Of a DNA stretch of 64,000 bases, positions 19,656 to 30,004 are shown in pieces. The DNA lies in the NCBI GenBank assembly GCA_963800555.1, contig CAWDBH010000006.1:5851-69850 (forward strand). The letters are read 5' to 3'. Below the pieces are notes generated by a model that saw only the letters and a list, made by a program, of their open reading frames with translations, was not told the origin of the DNA and ran no database searches. A program made the position numbers and the translations under genes. Source of the DNA: an uncultured Candidatus Micrarchaeota archaeon (GTDB taxonomy: Archaea > Micrarchaeota > Micrarchaeia > Anstonellales > Bilamarchaeaceae). Each line of letters starts with the position of its first letter. Within the stretch, counting starts at the first letter, position 1.

Positions 19656-20602
19656 CAGTCCCTCAACTCCTTGCTTGTCAGGTTGAGGAAGACGTCCTCT
19701 AGGGACGGCTCCGTGGATTTGAGCTCCTTGACCTCGACCCCTTTCTTCTCCAGGAAATTGGATAGCTTGTGGAGCACGCCGCCCTCGACGCTCGCCACGG
19801 TCATCACTATAGTATGATTATGGGTATCCACTGCCGTGGCTTTGACCAGCGACGATACGTCCTTGATGAGCTTCTCATCGGTGCGGTCCAGCTCCAGCAT
19901 TATCTTGTGCCCTCCCCCGTATTTCGTTTTGAGCTCGCTAGGGGTGCCTTCCGCTATTATCTTGCCGTGATCCATGATCGCGATCCGCTCGCACAGCTTG
20001 TCCGCCTCTTCCATGTCGTGCGTGGTATAGACTATCGTGACACCTGATTCGTTGAGGGATTTCGTCAGCTCCCTGATGGCTATCCTGCTCTGGGGGTCCA
20101 ACCCGGTCGTGGGCTCGTCCATGAAGAGTATCTCGGGCCGGTGGAGGAGGCCTGCCGCGACCGAAAGCCTCTGTTTCATGCCTCCGGAGAAGCCCCCCGC
20201 CTTGACGTCCTTCTTGTCCAGGAGGTTAACTATCTTCAGCAGCTCGAGGCTCCTCTTCTCAAGCTCCTCCTTCTTCATGCCGAAAAGCGCTCCGATGTAC
20301 CAGAGGTTCTCCATGGCGGTGAGCTCGTCGAACAGGGCGAATTCCTGGGGCACGACGCCTATCTTGCTCCGCACGAGCGATGCCTGCGTCCGGACATCGA
20401 AGGAGGCGACCCTGGCCTCCCCGGCGCTCGGGACGAGGAGCGTGGTGAGCATCTTTATGGTCGTGGTCTTCCCCGCGCCGTTCGGGCCTAGGAAACCGAA
20501 GATCTCACCTTTCATTATCTTGAGGTTGGAGTTGTCGACAGCGGTGAACTTCTTGAATCTCATGGTCAGTCCAGAGCAATCTATAGCGTATTCTGCAGCC
20601 AT
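19655..20602 (-). CDS. ABC exporter ATP-binding subunit
   Basis: GPNGAGKT, FSGGMKQR, MDEPTTGLD. Confidence 0.95.
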   Translation of the reverse strand: MAAEYAIDCSGLTMRFKKFTAVDNSNLKIMKGEIFGFLGPNGAGKTTTIKMLTTLLVPSAGEARVASFDVRTQASLVRSKIGVVPQEFALFDELTAMENLWYIGALFGMKKEELEKRSLELLKIVNLLDKKDVKAGGFSGGMKQRLSVAAGLLHRPEILFMDEPTTGLDPQSRIAIRELTKSLNESGVTIVYTTHDMEEADKLCERIAIMDHGKIIAEGTPSELKTKYGGGHKIMLELDRTDEKLIKDVSSLVKATAVDTHNHTIVMTVASVEGGVLHKLSNFLEKKGVEVKELKSTEPSLEDVFLNLTSKELRD

Positions 20603-20636
20603 CCAAATCCGTCCAAATGCGATATCACGTGATATA

Positions 20637-20882
20637 TTAAAGGCTTTTGAGTATCTTTTCAGCGAACTCTTTCAGCTTATCCGATTTCAGGAGCACGATT
20701 CCTTTCCCGTCGCTTCCGAAAACAACGAGCTTGTCGCCAGGCTCTATGCTGAACTCCTTCCTAGCTTCCACAGGGATGACTATCTGGCCGCGCTCGCCGA
20801 CGGCTACTGCCCCGTAGAAGTGCTTCCCTTTCATGACTTCTGTCATATTCATACTTTTCATACTATGCATATTAATACGCAT
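20637..20882 (-). CDS. AbrB/MazE-like DNA-binding regulator
   Basis: VGERGQIVIPVEARKEFSIEPGD; exact start uncertain. Confidence 0.9.
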   Translation of the reverse strand: MRINMHSMKSMNMTEVMKGKHFYGAVAVGERGQIVIPVEARKEFSIEPGDKLVVFGSDGKGIVLLKSDKLKEFAEKILKSL

Positions 20883-20895
20883 ATGCGGGGCGATT

Positions 20896-21630
20896 TCAGA
20901 ATATCGTTATCCTCAGGCTCCGGTCCAGGTCGCTCGCCACCATGACGATGGTCAGGACCACCGTGGCGATCATGAACGCCGGGGTATAGAAGAACCAGAA
21001 TATGCACACTACCGCGTAGAATATCGCCCTCAGGCTGTCCGAGAAGCGGTCATACACGTCGTCCATGAGGCTCGCGAGGTAATTCGCCTTGTCGTCATGC
21101 TGCATGGTGTCGATCACCTCATCGTCCACCCAGAGCAGGATGGGGATGTAGTTCAGTATCCTGCATTCCGATATCAGCATGAACAGCGAATAGACGAGCA
21201 GCGCGCTGATCGAAACCATCTTCAGCGCGGCGAATTCCCCTCCGGCATTGCTGAGGACCGAGAAACCGGACAGCAGGAGGCCGAACGATATGAGGACCGC
21301 GGAGAGCAGGGCTCCGTTGGTCATGATCAGGTTTCTGACGATCTCCCTGGCTTCGGGATACGCCTTGGCGTTGAGTATCCTCTCGGCCCAGTTCTTCCGG
21401 TAGGCCCTTCGCAGGCTTTTCGCGCTATGCGACGTCTCGGCTTCCTTGACCCTCGCGGAATGCACAAACAGGTGACTGTATTTAGTCTCATCCTGCTCTT
21501 CCCGCTTCTCTTCCGGTTTCGATACCCGCTTATCCGCGATGCGCCTGCTGACGATCGTTATCGCCACGCAGACCACCAGCACGCCGAAAGCCAGAACATC
21601 CTGGTTGGTTAAGAGGTCCAGTAGAGCCAT
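20896..21630 (-). CDS. DUF599-like membrane protein
   Basis: R..W.....A....RN motif, LRAIFY, ~4 TM. Confidence 0.7.
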   Translation of the reverse strand: MALLDLLTNQDVLAFGVLVVCVAITIVSRRIADKRVSKPEEKREEQDETKYSHLFVHSARVKEAETSHSAKSLRRAYRKNWAERILNAKAYPEAREIVRNLIMTNGALLSAVLISFGLLLSGFSVLSNAGGEFAALKMVSISALLVYSLFMLISECRILNYIPILLWVDDEVIDTMQHDDKANYLASLMDDVYDRFSDSLRAIFYAVVCIFWFFYTPAFMIATVVLTIVMVASDLDRSLRITIF

Positions 21631-21667
21631 GGCTTGAAATCAGGATGGATGTTTTTATCCCTTTGGA

Positions 21668-21919
21668 TTACCAGATCCTGATCCCGCCGCTCGTCAATAT
21701 GAGGAACAGCAGGTAGACTGGCGCGCAGCAGACGATGCCGAGGTAATCCCAGACGTTCAGGCCCCTCATGCAGACCTGCCCGAGGTATCCGGTCGCGGTC
21801 CCGTCGGCGCAGCTGAAATGGATTATCGCTATCGCCAATGCTATGCAGACTATCCATGTCAGGCTTCCGCCGAAATTTATGACCGTCCTGTTCTCGCGAT
21901 AAGCGTCACCTGGTGCCAT
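21668..21919 (-). CDS. Small hypothetical membrane protein
   Basis: 83 aa, two hydrophobic segments, fits gene packing. Confidence 0.6.
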   Translation of the reverse strand: MAPGDAYRENRTVINFGGSLTWIVCIALAIAIIHFSCADGTATGYLGQVCMRGLNVWDYLGIVCCAPVYLLFLILTSGGIRIW

Positions 21920-21996
21920 GGCAGCGATTCGGCAGCATAAAATTTAAGGTTTGGGGCCAAGGGAGCGCTTTTTAAGCTTGCCTTCCCAGCCTCCTC

Positions 21997-22281
21997 ATGG
22001 CAATCGATATGATGACATTAGTGAATCTGGCGTTGTCGCTCGTGATCGTGGTCATGGGCGCCTGGGTATTCATGAAGATCAAGAACGCTATCGCCCTCTA
22101 CGTCGCGGTCGGGTTCGGTTTCTTCGCGGTTGCGCATTTCATGACCCTGGAAGGCATGGGCACATCCCTCGCATCTCCTCTCGCGGTGCTCCGCGTGCTC
22201 GGATACATGTCCGTGATCCTGGGGCTCTTTATCGCAGTGAAGCAGGCGACCGAGATTAAAACGACCAAGAAGAGAAAATGA
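21997..22281 (+). CDS. Small 3-TM membrane protein
   Basis: 94 aa, three TM helices, basic tail; TTTTAAG box upstream. Confidence 0.7.
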   Translation: MAIDMMTLVNLALSLVIVVMGAWVFMKIKNAIALYVAVGFGFFAVAHFMTLEGMGTSLASPLAVLRVLGYMSVILGLFIAVKQATEIKTTKKRK

Positions 22282-22297
22282 ATGAATAGGTCATGTA

Positions 22298-22417
22298 ATG
22301 GCCCTTAAGCGTGAGCTAGGTCTATTGGACACGGTGCTCTACGGAATCGGCATTGTCATGGGGCTGGTATACTATCCCATAACATTAGGCGTTGGGCTAC
22401 CGCATCCAAGCATTTAA
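22298..22417 (+). pseudogene. 5' remnant of an amino-acid permease paralogous to 32383-33663
   Basis: MALKRELGLLDTVLYGIGIVMG...TLGVGL versus MALKKELGLVNTVLNGLGVILG...ALGAGL; stops after 39 codons. Confidence 0.8.
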
Positions 22418-22536
22418 TCTTATTCCGGTCGTGTTGGGTGATTGCATGAATGAATGTAAAGAAACCTCTCTTTCTATCTTATACCTGTGCTAACAAATTG
22501 ACTTTATAAACGCTCAGCTATATTGAGGGTAATACA

Positions 22537-22821
22537 ATGAAAGCAATAAGGATGAAGGAAGCGGATATGCTTCCGAAGCTAAAAAAAGAATTGGGGCGCA
22601 TAGCTTACATATCATTGGTTGCGGACATAGCGATATCCGTAGTCACTCTAGCTTACCAGAGTACGCATCTAGCTAGCTTCATACCTATAGAACTTTTTCT
22701 CGGGGATATCCTTGCAGTGATAGTTGCTGCTTCGCTCATAGTCTTGGCAGCAATAGCAGTTTTGTCAATCAGAGGAGACGGAAAAGAGGCCAATAATAAC
22801 GGGTCATCCAACAAAATTTAA
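22537..22821 (+). CDS. Small 2-TM hypothetical protein
   Basis: 94 aa ORF, TTTATAAA box upstream. Confidence 0.6.
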   Translation: MKAIRMKEADMLPKLKKELGRIAYISLVADIAISVVTLAYQSTHLASFIPIELFLGDILAVIVAASLIVLAAIAVLSIRGDGKEANNNGSSNKI

Positions 22822-22851
22822 AATAATCTGCCGATATGGGCGTAGAGTCAC

Positions 22852-24193
22852 ATGAAGAACGATCTTGTCGAGGAGTCTGTTTTAGTATTGAGCGTCTTGA
22901 AATGGGTTTTCCTTGCATCTATCATCGGGGTCCTCGTTGGTGCATCGACTGCAATTTTCCTCAGAAATCCTCGGTGTGAGCACACAGGTGATGGAGGGCC
23001 AGCCATATTACTTACTCGCGCTTCCATTAGCTTTCCTGGCAAGTACTTTGTTGGTAACTAGGCTGGCCCCCGAAGCCGAGGGTCATGGCACCGAGAAGGT
23101 GATCGAGGCGATCCATAAGAGGAACGGGAGGATTGCCCCCATGGTCGTACCGGTCAAACTTTGCGCCACCATCATCACCCTTGCCAGCGGAGGCTCTGCG
23201 GGCAAAGAGGGGCCATGCGCCCAGATCGGGGCCGGCATCGCATCCGTCTTCGCTGATATCTTCTCTTTCAGCGATGCCGATCGTAAAAAGATAGTCATCT
23301 GCGGCATCAGTGCCGGCTTCGCAACGGTATTCGGAACGCCAATCGCAGGAGCCATATTCGGTGTCGAGGTTCTTGTCGTTGGAGGGATGTTCTATTCCGC
23401 TCTCCTGCCCTCCCTTATCGCAGGCCTCATAGGGTATCAAACCGCTCTTGCGATCGGGATACAGTACCCTTCGTATCAGGTGGTTATCCCCCCGGATTTC
23501 GGTGGAGTGTCACTGCTTGAAGTCATCGGGGCGGGGCTGTTCTTAGGGATAATCGCGTTCATCTTCATCGAAGTCCTAGGATATTTCAATAAATTGTCGG
23601 AGGGGCTTAAGCTCTCGAAACCGGTCAAGGCAGTGGTGGGTGGCGCGTCTCTGGCGCTGATTGGCTTGGTATTCTCCACCGCTTACCTCGGAGTAGGGTT
23701 CGGAACGATTTATTCGGCATTGCGCGGAGACAATATCGCGTCCGGAACTTCATTCTTGAAGATTGTGACGACTTCAATCACGCTGAATTTCGGAGGGAGC
23801 GGCGGCATAGTAACACCTATCTTCTTCATCGGATCTACGGCCGGTTCCCTCTATGCCCATCTTCTCGGGCTCAATCTAGCCACCTTTGCGGCCATAGGCT
23901 TCGTCGCCCTTCTAGCCGGAGCGACGAACGCTCCTATCGCGGCCATCGTGATGTCTATAGAGCTTTTCGGACCGGCCTTAGCGTCATTCGCGACGGTCGC
24001 TTGCATAGTAAGTTACGTGATAGTCGGCCACAGGAGCGTCTATCCTTCGCAGCTGCTGAGGATGACAAAATCGGATTCGCTTGAAGTCGGTGGCAATGAG
24101 ATCGGAGACCCTATGACGCAGCTCAAGTCAAAAGGCAGGATAGGCTTCGCGGAGGAAAAACTGAGGCGGTTCTTCCATCTGGATGATGACTGA
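22852..24193 (+). pseudogene. CLC family chloride channel/antiporter with a +1 frameshift near 22963-22967 (real lesion or sequence error)
   Basis: GHGTE, GGSAGKEGP, FGTPIAGAIF, GGIVTPIF; the first helix (LKWVFLASIIGVLVG) is in a different frame from the rest. Confidence 0.85.
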
Positions 24194-24338
24194 CCGTTGC
24201 TGCATCTGTGAAGAACCTGATTTCTTGAACCTGGGGCAAGAAAATGGGGTTCCGGGTTTAGCCATTATAATTTAAGCGTTGAGATATTTTTCAATAAACA
24301 GGAGATATATTTTTCAGACAGGATCAAAAGGTGAAACT

Positions 24339-24746
24339 ATGAAGACAATCAGGATAGTCGAAAACGACGAAGTCGGCATCGTGGCGGACATCTCCCATGC
24401 ATTGGGAAGCGCCAAGATAAACATTAATTCGATCCATGTTGATGTGGTGGCAGGCAAGGCCATAATCACGATCGGTATTTCGGATGCCGCCAGGGGTAGG
24501 GAAGTCCTTGAATCTGCTGGTTATACGGTAGAGGAAACCGATGAGCTCGTGATAGCCCTGGATGACAAGCCGGGCGAGCTGGACACAGTCGCACGCATAT
24601 TGGCAAAAGGGAGGATAAATATCGAAAAGATGATCACGCTCTCCAATAACGGCGAAAAGTCGGTCCTATCCATCAAGGTGGATGATCCCGCAAAGGCCGC
24701 GGTCCTGCTGAAGAAATATCTGATAGCGGATGATATGTCCATGTAA
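24339..24746 (+). CDS. Double ACT domain protein
   Basis: ENDEVGIVADIS..L....INI and DDKPGEL..VA..L....INI; AGGTGA upstream. Confidence 0.88.
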   Translation: MKTIRIVENDEVGIVADISHALGSAKININSIHVDVVAGKAIITIGISDAARGREVLESAGYTVEETDELVIALDDKPGELDTVARILAKGRINIEKMITLSNNGEKSVLSIKVDDPAKAAVLLKKYLIADDMSM

Positions 24747-24791
24747 TTTCCACATGCGCTAGTTGCTCGTCCTGGAGGTCATCTGAAAGCT

Positions 24792-26099
24792 TCAAACTTT
24801 CTTATCGATGATGCTTCGGGCTATCTCGATGCTCCGCTTCAGCGTCCGGTTCTCGCTCTCGTCCTGGGCGATGAGCTCGGAATCTATCCGGTTCTTCATC
24901 GATACGAACGATTTCGCCTCGTCGTTAAGGACGTCGAGCCCCATCATGGTCGCTATCTCATCGTATCTCTGCCCTTCGGCATAGATCTTGTATATGCGAT
25001 CGGAGACTTCCTTGTGCTCCTTGCTCATCGCGAAATGCATCATCCTGGACAGCGAGGTTAGGATGTCCGTCGGCGGGTAGACGCCGCGGTTGTGCATGTC
25101 CATATTGAGTATAAGCTGGCCTTCGGAGATGTACCCGGTCGTGTCCGGTACAGGATGGGTAATATCATCGTTGGGCATGGTCAGGAACGGCAGCTGGGTT
25201 ATGCTCCCCGGCACGTCTTTCTGTAGCCCGCAGCGCTCGTACATGCTGGCCAAGTCGCTGAAAAGGTAGGACGGATACCCCTGGCGCACGGTGAGCTCCT
25301 CTTTAGCAGATGAGAGGTTCCTCAATGTATCGGCGTAATTAGTCATATCCCCTATTATCGCGAATACATCATAGCCCTTCTCGAAGGCGAAGTATTCTGC
25401 GGCCGTCAGCGCGTTCTTCGGAGCCAGCAGGGCTTCCCCAGGCGGGTCGCTCTCCGAATTCAGGAACAGCACGGAGTTGTTGGTTATCCTGAACTCCTCG
25501 AGCTTGGTGGTTATGTAATTCTCCTCATCATGGCTCAGGCCGATGCCCGCCATGACGACGACGAAATGGTTCTTCGAGTTCTGGATCGACTGGCGCATGA
25601 TCTGCATGATTATCTCCAGGAGCGGAGCGCCTACAGGGGAGAAAAGCGCCAGTTTCTGTCCCACCACGATGCTGTTGAGCAGGTCTATGGAGGATATCCC
25701 GGTCTCGATCAGCCTGCTCGGCACTTTGCGGTAGTAAGGGTTCAGGATCGAGCCGTTTATGTCCATCCTCCGGTTGGAGAATATCTCCAGCTTGCCATCC
25801 CTGCTCTCGCCCTTGCCATCGAAAATCCGCCCAAGCATGAGCTCGGAGACCGGAAGCTTGACAGTCTCGAAAGTCCCCCGGATGCCGACCTTCCGGCCCA
25901 GGCCCGAAGTGCCTTCGAAGACCTCGATGAAATAGACATCCCCGTCTATCGCTATGACGCGGCCCTTCCTTCGCTCGCCTTTAGATGTCAGTATGTACAC
26001 TATGTCGCCATAGGACGCCTCGATCCCCTCGGCGACCAGGATCGGGTCCTTTATCTCCTTCACGCTCGTGTAGCGGACAATCCTTTTCCAGTTAAACAT
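24792..26099 (-). CDS. atpB: A/V-type ATPase subunit B (divergent)
   Basis: IETGISSID, GQKL, GYPSYLFSDLASMYERCG, DITHPVPDTTGYISEGQ, SLSRM. Confidence 0.93.
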   Translation of the reverse strand: MFNWKRIVRYTSVKEIKDPILVAEGIEASYGDIVYILTSKGERRKGRVIAIDGDVYFIEVFEGTSGLGRKVGIRGTFETVKLPVSELMLGRIFDGKGESRDGKLEIFSNRRMDINGSILNPYYRKVPSRLIETGISSIDLLNSIVVGQKLALFSPVGAPLLEIIMQIMRQSIQNSKNHFVVVMAGIGLSHDEENYITTKLEEFRITNNSVLFLNSESDPPGEALLAPKNALTAAEYFAFEKGYDVFAIIGDMTNYADTLRNLSSAKEELTVRQGYPSYLFSDLASMYERCGLQKDVPGSITQLPFLTMPNDDITHPVPDTTGYISEGQLILNMDMHNRGVYPPTDILTSLSRMMHFAMSKEHKEVSDRIYKIYAEGQRYDEIATMMGLDVLNDEAKSFVSMKNRIDSELIAQDESENRTLKRSIEIARSIIDKKV

Positions 26100-27735
26100 A
26101 TGCCAACCGTTCCTTTATCTCCTTGAGAAGATTCTCTGCGCCTTTCTCATCGCTACCCTTCATGCCGCTTATCCTAGATTCGATTTCCTTGTCGAATTTG
26201 ATCTGGCCGGATTTGCGGAACACGGAGCTGATGAAAGCATGGTACTCCACGACCGCCTCGACCATCGCGGATGTCTTCAATCGCGAGCTGTAGACATCGT
26301 TTTCGTCATAGGCGTTCTGGACGAGGAAATCATTCCGGGCGATTCGCGTCACATGCAGGGTCATCTTCTGATCCGGGGACAGTGCTTCATAGCCGACTAT
26401 CTTCTCGACCTCTTCGATCTCGAACCCCTTCCCTATCAGGGTTCTCAGCATCTTGATGTTGGCTCCGGCTTTACCGCGGACATCATCCCAGCCCCCTACC
26501 AGATCGGTGAAATATTTCGAGAAGCTGATGCGCAGGTCGACGGCGGGGAAGATCCGCGCGTGGGCGAGGTCGGAGCTCATGAAGATGGCAACCCCCGCAG
26601 AACTGGCCGCGTACTGGGTTATAGGCTCGGAGAAGTCGCCGCTCGGCGGCGAGATGGACGCGATCATGGTGAGGCATCCTTTCTTCCCTCCCAAGGTCTC
26701 CACGCAACCTGACCTCGAGTAGAATTCCTTTATCCTTTCCTGCAGGTAAGGCGGGTAGCCTTCCTCAGCCGGGATGACTTCCATTATGCCTCCTACCTCT
26801 CTCAGGGCCTCAGCCCAGCGGCTCATGGAATCGACCATCAGGAGCACGCTTTTCCCGGTGTCGCGGAAGTACTCCGCTATAGTCGCCCCCGCATATATGC
26901 TGCTCTCGCGCGCGATGATAGGCATGTTCGATGTGTTCGCTATGACGGCGGTGTCATCCAGCTTCCCGCTTTCGCGCATGGTGCTGATGAAATCCGCCAT
27001 CTCGTTCCCCCTCTCGCCGCAGCCCACGAAGACCTTCAGGTTGGTGTCAGCGTATTCGGCGAAATTGTGCTGGAATGTCGTCTTGCCGGACCCGAACCCC
27101 CCCGGGATCGCGGTGGTCCCCCCTTTCTTCACCTGGAGGAACGCGTCTATGACCCGCTGGCCGGTCGTGAGCATCTCGTTCTCGAAGACGCGCTTCCTGA
27201 ACGGGCGCGGCTCCCGGATGGGCCACTCGTGGGACATCGCCACAGGTTTTCCGTCGACATGGCACACCGGCTCGTAGATCGTGAACTTGCCTTCGCTAAC
27301 ATCCTCCACGGCACCGGAGATATCCGGAGGGAGCAGTATCGCCTGGCCCTCCGCGGTCCCTATCGCCTGGCCGCCCGTGAGCTTCCCGCCTTTCTTGATT
27401 GCGGGCTTGAAATCGAATTTAGTTTTGAGCTTGTTGCCTATGGAAGCGGTATAGAACGGCCTCCCTTCGAGGGACATCTCCAGGCCGTCGAAGAAGTGGC
27501 CGAGTATGTGGGGGCCGACCTCCACGGTTATCGGCCGCCCGAGTTCCTCTACCTTGTCGCCTACCGACAGGCCGTCTGGGCTGGTGAACACCTGGATCGA
27601 GCAGATGCCATTGCCGAGGATATCGATTATCTCCCCATAGCCCTCTTCGCCAATGCGGACCGTTTCGTACATCCTGGCCGAGATTCCGCTGGCGCGGATG
27701 ATTATGCCCTTTATCGTGGTTATCTTCCCCATCAT
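26092..27735 (-). CDS. atpA: A/V-type ATPase catalytic subunit A (divergent, short)
   Basis: GGFGSGKT P-loop, GCGERGNEM, ANTSNMP, DSMSRWAEALRE, PAEEGYPPYL, GDFSEP. Confidence 0.95.
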   Translation of the reverse strand: MMGKITTIKGIIIRASGISARMYETVRIGEEGYGEIIDILGNGICSIQVFTSPDGLSVGDKVEELGRPITVEVGPHILGHFFDGLEMSLEGRPFYTASIGNKLKTKFDFKPAIKKGGKLTGGQAIGTAEGQAILLPPDISGAVEDVSEGKFTIYEPVCHVDGKPVAMSHEWPIREPRPFRKRVFENEMLTTGQRVIDAFLQVKKGGTTAIPGGFGSGKTTFQHNFAEYADTNLKVFVGCGERGNEMADFISTMRESGKLDDTAVIANTSNMPIIARESSIYAGATIAEYFRDTGKSVLLMVDSMSRWAEALREVGGIMEVIPAEEGYPPYLQERIKEFYSRSGCVETLGGKKGCLTMIASISPPSGDFSEPITQYAASSAGVAIFMSSDLAHARIFPAVDLRISFSKYFTDLVGGWDDVRGKAGANIKMLRTLIGKGFEIEEVEKIVGYEALSPDQKMTLHVTRIARNDFLVQNAYDENDVYSSRLKTSAMVEAVVEYHAFISSVFRKSGQIKFDKEIESRISGMKGSDEKGAENLLKEIKERLAYV

Positions 27736-28268
27736 TTCTCACCCATCGCCTTGTCCGCGTACAGCGGCAGGATGAACTCCTTGATGAAAGTCGGCGAGAA
27801 ATCCGCGTAAGCGTTGCCGCGGTATAGTTTGAGCTCCAGCTTCTTCTTGCTCAATTCCGTGGGAGACTCGGATTTCATGTAAGGATAGAATTCAGCGCTC
27901 GCGATCGCGCTCTCCGGCTTCCCGAACATCTGTTGGAACTTCGCCAGGGCGAATCGCGCGTAGTCTTTCGGGTGAGCACCTATCCTCTTCTCGGTTTTTT
28001 CCCATGCCCGGTTGAACGAGCTGATGAGCACCTTGTAATCCTCATAGAGCTCGGTGTAATCGTGCTCCCTTTTCAGGTATGCTTCGGAGTTCTTCAGTAT
28101 GGAATCGTAATATTCTTTCATTATGGCCTTCTTCCCATTCCTTTTCTGCTCGATGAGGGCGAGATAGGCGTTCTCCTTTTCCTTATAATGCTGGGCGATG
28201 CGCTCTTTGGCCTTTTTTTCCTCCGCGTCTATCACATTGAGGATGGCCTGCACGTTCCCTTCGATCAT
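27732..28268 (-). CDS. atpE: Probable A/V-ATPase subunit E
   Basis: N-terminal charged coiled coil, 178 aa, translationally coupled upstream of atpA. Confidence 0.6.
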   Translation of the reverse strand: MIEGNVQAILNVIDAEEKKAKERIAQHYKEKENAYLALIEQKRNGKKAIMKEYYDSILKNSEAYLKREHDYTELYEDYKVLISSFNRAWEKTEKRIGAHPKDYARFALAKFQQMFGKPESAIASAEFYPYMKSESPTELSKKKLELKLYRGNAYADFSPTFIKEFILPLYADKAMGEK

Positions 28269-28561
28269 AATTCGAGCACCTCGCCTATCGTCTCCTCGGC
28301 CTTTTTCAGGTACACTTTGGACTTGGAGGATTTGTACCGCTTGATGGATTCCGTCAGTGATTCGTTCAGTGCTGCTATGGCCCCTTCCGTTTTGGAGGAG
28401 AGGCCCTTCCGGGTCTTTTCCATGTCGGCCGAATACTCGTCATCTATCATCTTCTTCTTGTCGGCCCATCCCCGTGCCTCGGAGGCCTCGAAGTCGGTGA
28501 TGTTCTTCCGCATCCGCCCCTCGGCTTCTTTCAGGCGAGCTGCGACATCGTATATCTCCAT
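28265..28561 (-). CDS. Probable A/V-ATPase subunit H/G (peripheral stalk)
   Basis: 98-aa charged helix (LKEAE...), coupled to the E-like gene. Confidence 0.55.
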   Translation of the reverse strand: MEIYDVAARLKEAEGRMRKNITDFEASEARGWADKKKMIDDEYSADMEKTRKGLSSKTEGAIAALNESLTESIKRYKSSKSKVYLKKAEETIGEVLEL

Positions 28562-28603
28562 GGATTTCTAATAGGCGGCAATAATTAATATGTTTGGCTG
28601 TCA
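28562..28603. promoter_or_regulatory. Candidate bidirectional promoter of the two ATPase half-operons
   Basis: ~42-bp gap between head-to-head genes with a central AATAATTAATAT. Confidence 0.45.
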
Positions 28604-29239
28604 TTGAGGGTTGTGGACGAATACAGCGAAGTGCTGATTGGCATGACATGCGCGGTCTATGGATCGCGTATAATCCCCCAGGCGGCATTAGATGCGATGG
28701 AAGGCGAGAGGCTCCAGGACATCCTGCCCCAGCTGATTACTTTCGGCGAGGACGAGATTGTCGCGGCCCTAAGGAACGGGGACCATGCCGCTATCGATGT
28801 CTCCTGCGGGCGCGGCCTGCTGAAGTTCGTGAATGGTATATCGCTATACCTGCCCGATGGCATCGCTAAGATATGCGCTTATCTCTACGACATGTGGTTC
28901 CAGTACCTCTCCCGGGCGAACCGGCCCGCATCGACAAGCGCCGACAAGGATGATCCGGTGAATTACGGGAAGGAGGAATTCTCCAGGTTCGTGATGGACA
29001 AGATCACCGAAATGGCTTCGAAACTATCGCAGGAGGACCGCCTGGCGGTCAGGACGTTATCTTCGTTCGTGCTCTATAACCAGGGGATGAGGATCGCGGA
29101 TGATAAGCGGGCCCATGGCCTATGGGCGCTCATGGATCTCCTTTACCGGAAAACCGATGAGACCGAGCACCTCTCGCGTATCCTGCATACCATGCTCATA
29201 AGGGAAGAGATATGGAAGAAAAACCTGTTTGTCGGATAA
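28604..29239 (+). CDS. Possible reduced A/V-ATPase subunit C(d)
   Basis: Helical 211-aa ORF heading C?-F?-D-x-I-K; assignment by position only. Confidence 0.4.
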   Translation: MRVVDEYSEVLIGMTCAVYGSRIIPQAALDAMEGERLQDILPQLITFGEDEIVAALRNGDHAAIDVSCGRGLLKFVNGISLYLPDGIAKICAYLYDMWFQYLSRANRPASTSADKDDPVNYGKEEFSRFVMDKITEMASKLSQEDRLAVRTLSSFVLYNQGMRIADDKRAHGLWALMDLLYRKTDETEHLSRILHTMLIREEIWKKNLFVG

Positions 29240-29427
29240 AGGACGACTTCGTGCGCCAAGTCTTACTCATGATCGGCATATCCGAAGGTAAGAGCCGGTT
29301 CGTAATCTCGGACAACGAATCCGATAAATGGCAGGACGCCAATACCGTGGTCATCCCGCTCTATGACGCCAAGGAGTACATAAAAAAGAGGATACCCGAA
29401 TATGGTAGAGAAGTATACGAAGAGTGA
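29212..29427 (+). CDS. Possible reduced A/V-ATPase subunit F
   Basis: 71 aa; LLMIGI and VVIP..Y.K..I resemble subunit F motifs; directly before D. Confidence 0.5.
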   Translation: MEEKPVCRIKDDFVRQVLLMIGISEGKSRFVISDNESDKWQDANTVVIPLYDAKEYIKKRIPEYGREVYEE

Positions 29428-30004
29428 GCTGATTAAGCTCAGGAAGGAGCTCAAGACCCTCACGAACTCGAAGAGGCTACTGGAAGAGAGGAAGAAAGAG
29501 CTCTACCGCCTTTTCCGTTCGATGCTCAAGGAGCTTGCGATCCGGGAGGCCGAGTACAATTCGCAGCTGGCTAAGGTCAAGGATTCGGTTCTCACCGTAG
29601 CTGCCCAGCACAATTACATGGAAATCGTGGATGACGCATCCATACAACCGCAAGCCGTATGCACAGTCTCGAACCAAGTGTACATGAAAGGCGTCTTCGT
29701 GGAAGGTGGGAGCGTGGATTTCCCGGACCTCAAGGGTCAGTTCGTGTCGCAAGGCCTCAAGCGGGCTTTCCTGGCCGAGTTCAAATCGCTGATCGCGCTC
29801 GGGATACGTCTCGACAGCATCGTGAAAAAAGTCGTGGTGGTGAAGGACGAGCTCAAGAACGTGAGCAGGAAGCAGGGCTACATAGAGAATATCCTCATCC
29901 CGAGGGTTGAGGGGAACATAAAAATAATCGAGCGCATGTTCGAGGAGCGGAGAAGGGAAGAGCTCATAAAGGTCAAGAGATTCAAGAAGAAAGGTGTAAA
30001 ATGA
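29402..30004 (+). CDS. atpD: A/V-type ATPase subunit D
   Basis: TKSELIKLRKEL...LLEERK, ELKNVSRK..IENILIP, EERRREE. Confidence 0.88.
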   Translation: MVEKYTKSELIKLRKELKTLTNSKRLLEERKKELYRLFRSMLKELAIREAEYNSQLAKVKDSVLTVAAQHNYMEIVDDASIQPQAVCTVSNQVYMKGVFVEGGSVDFPDLKGQFVSQGLKRAFLAEFKSLIALGIRLDSIVKKVVVVKDELKNVSRKQGYIENILIPRVEGNIKIIERMFEERRREELIKVKRFKKKGVK

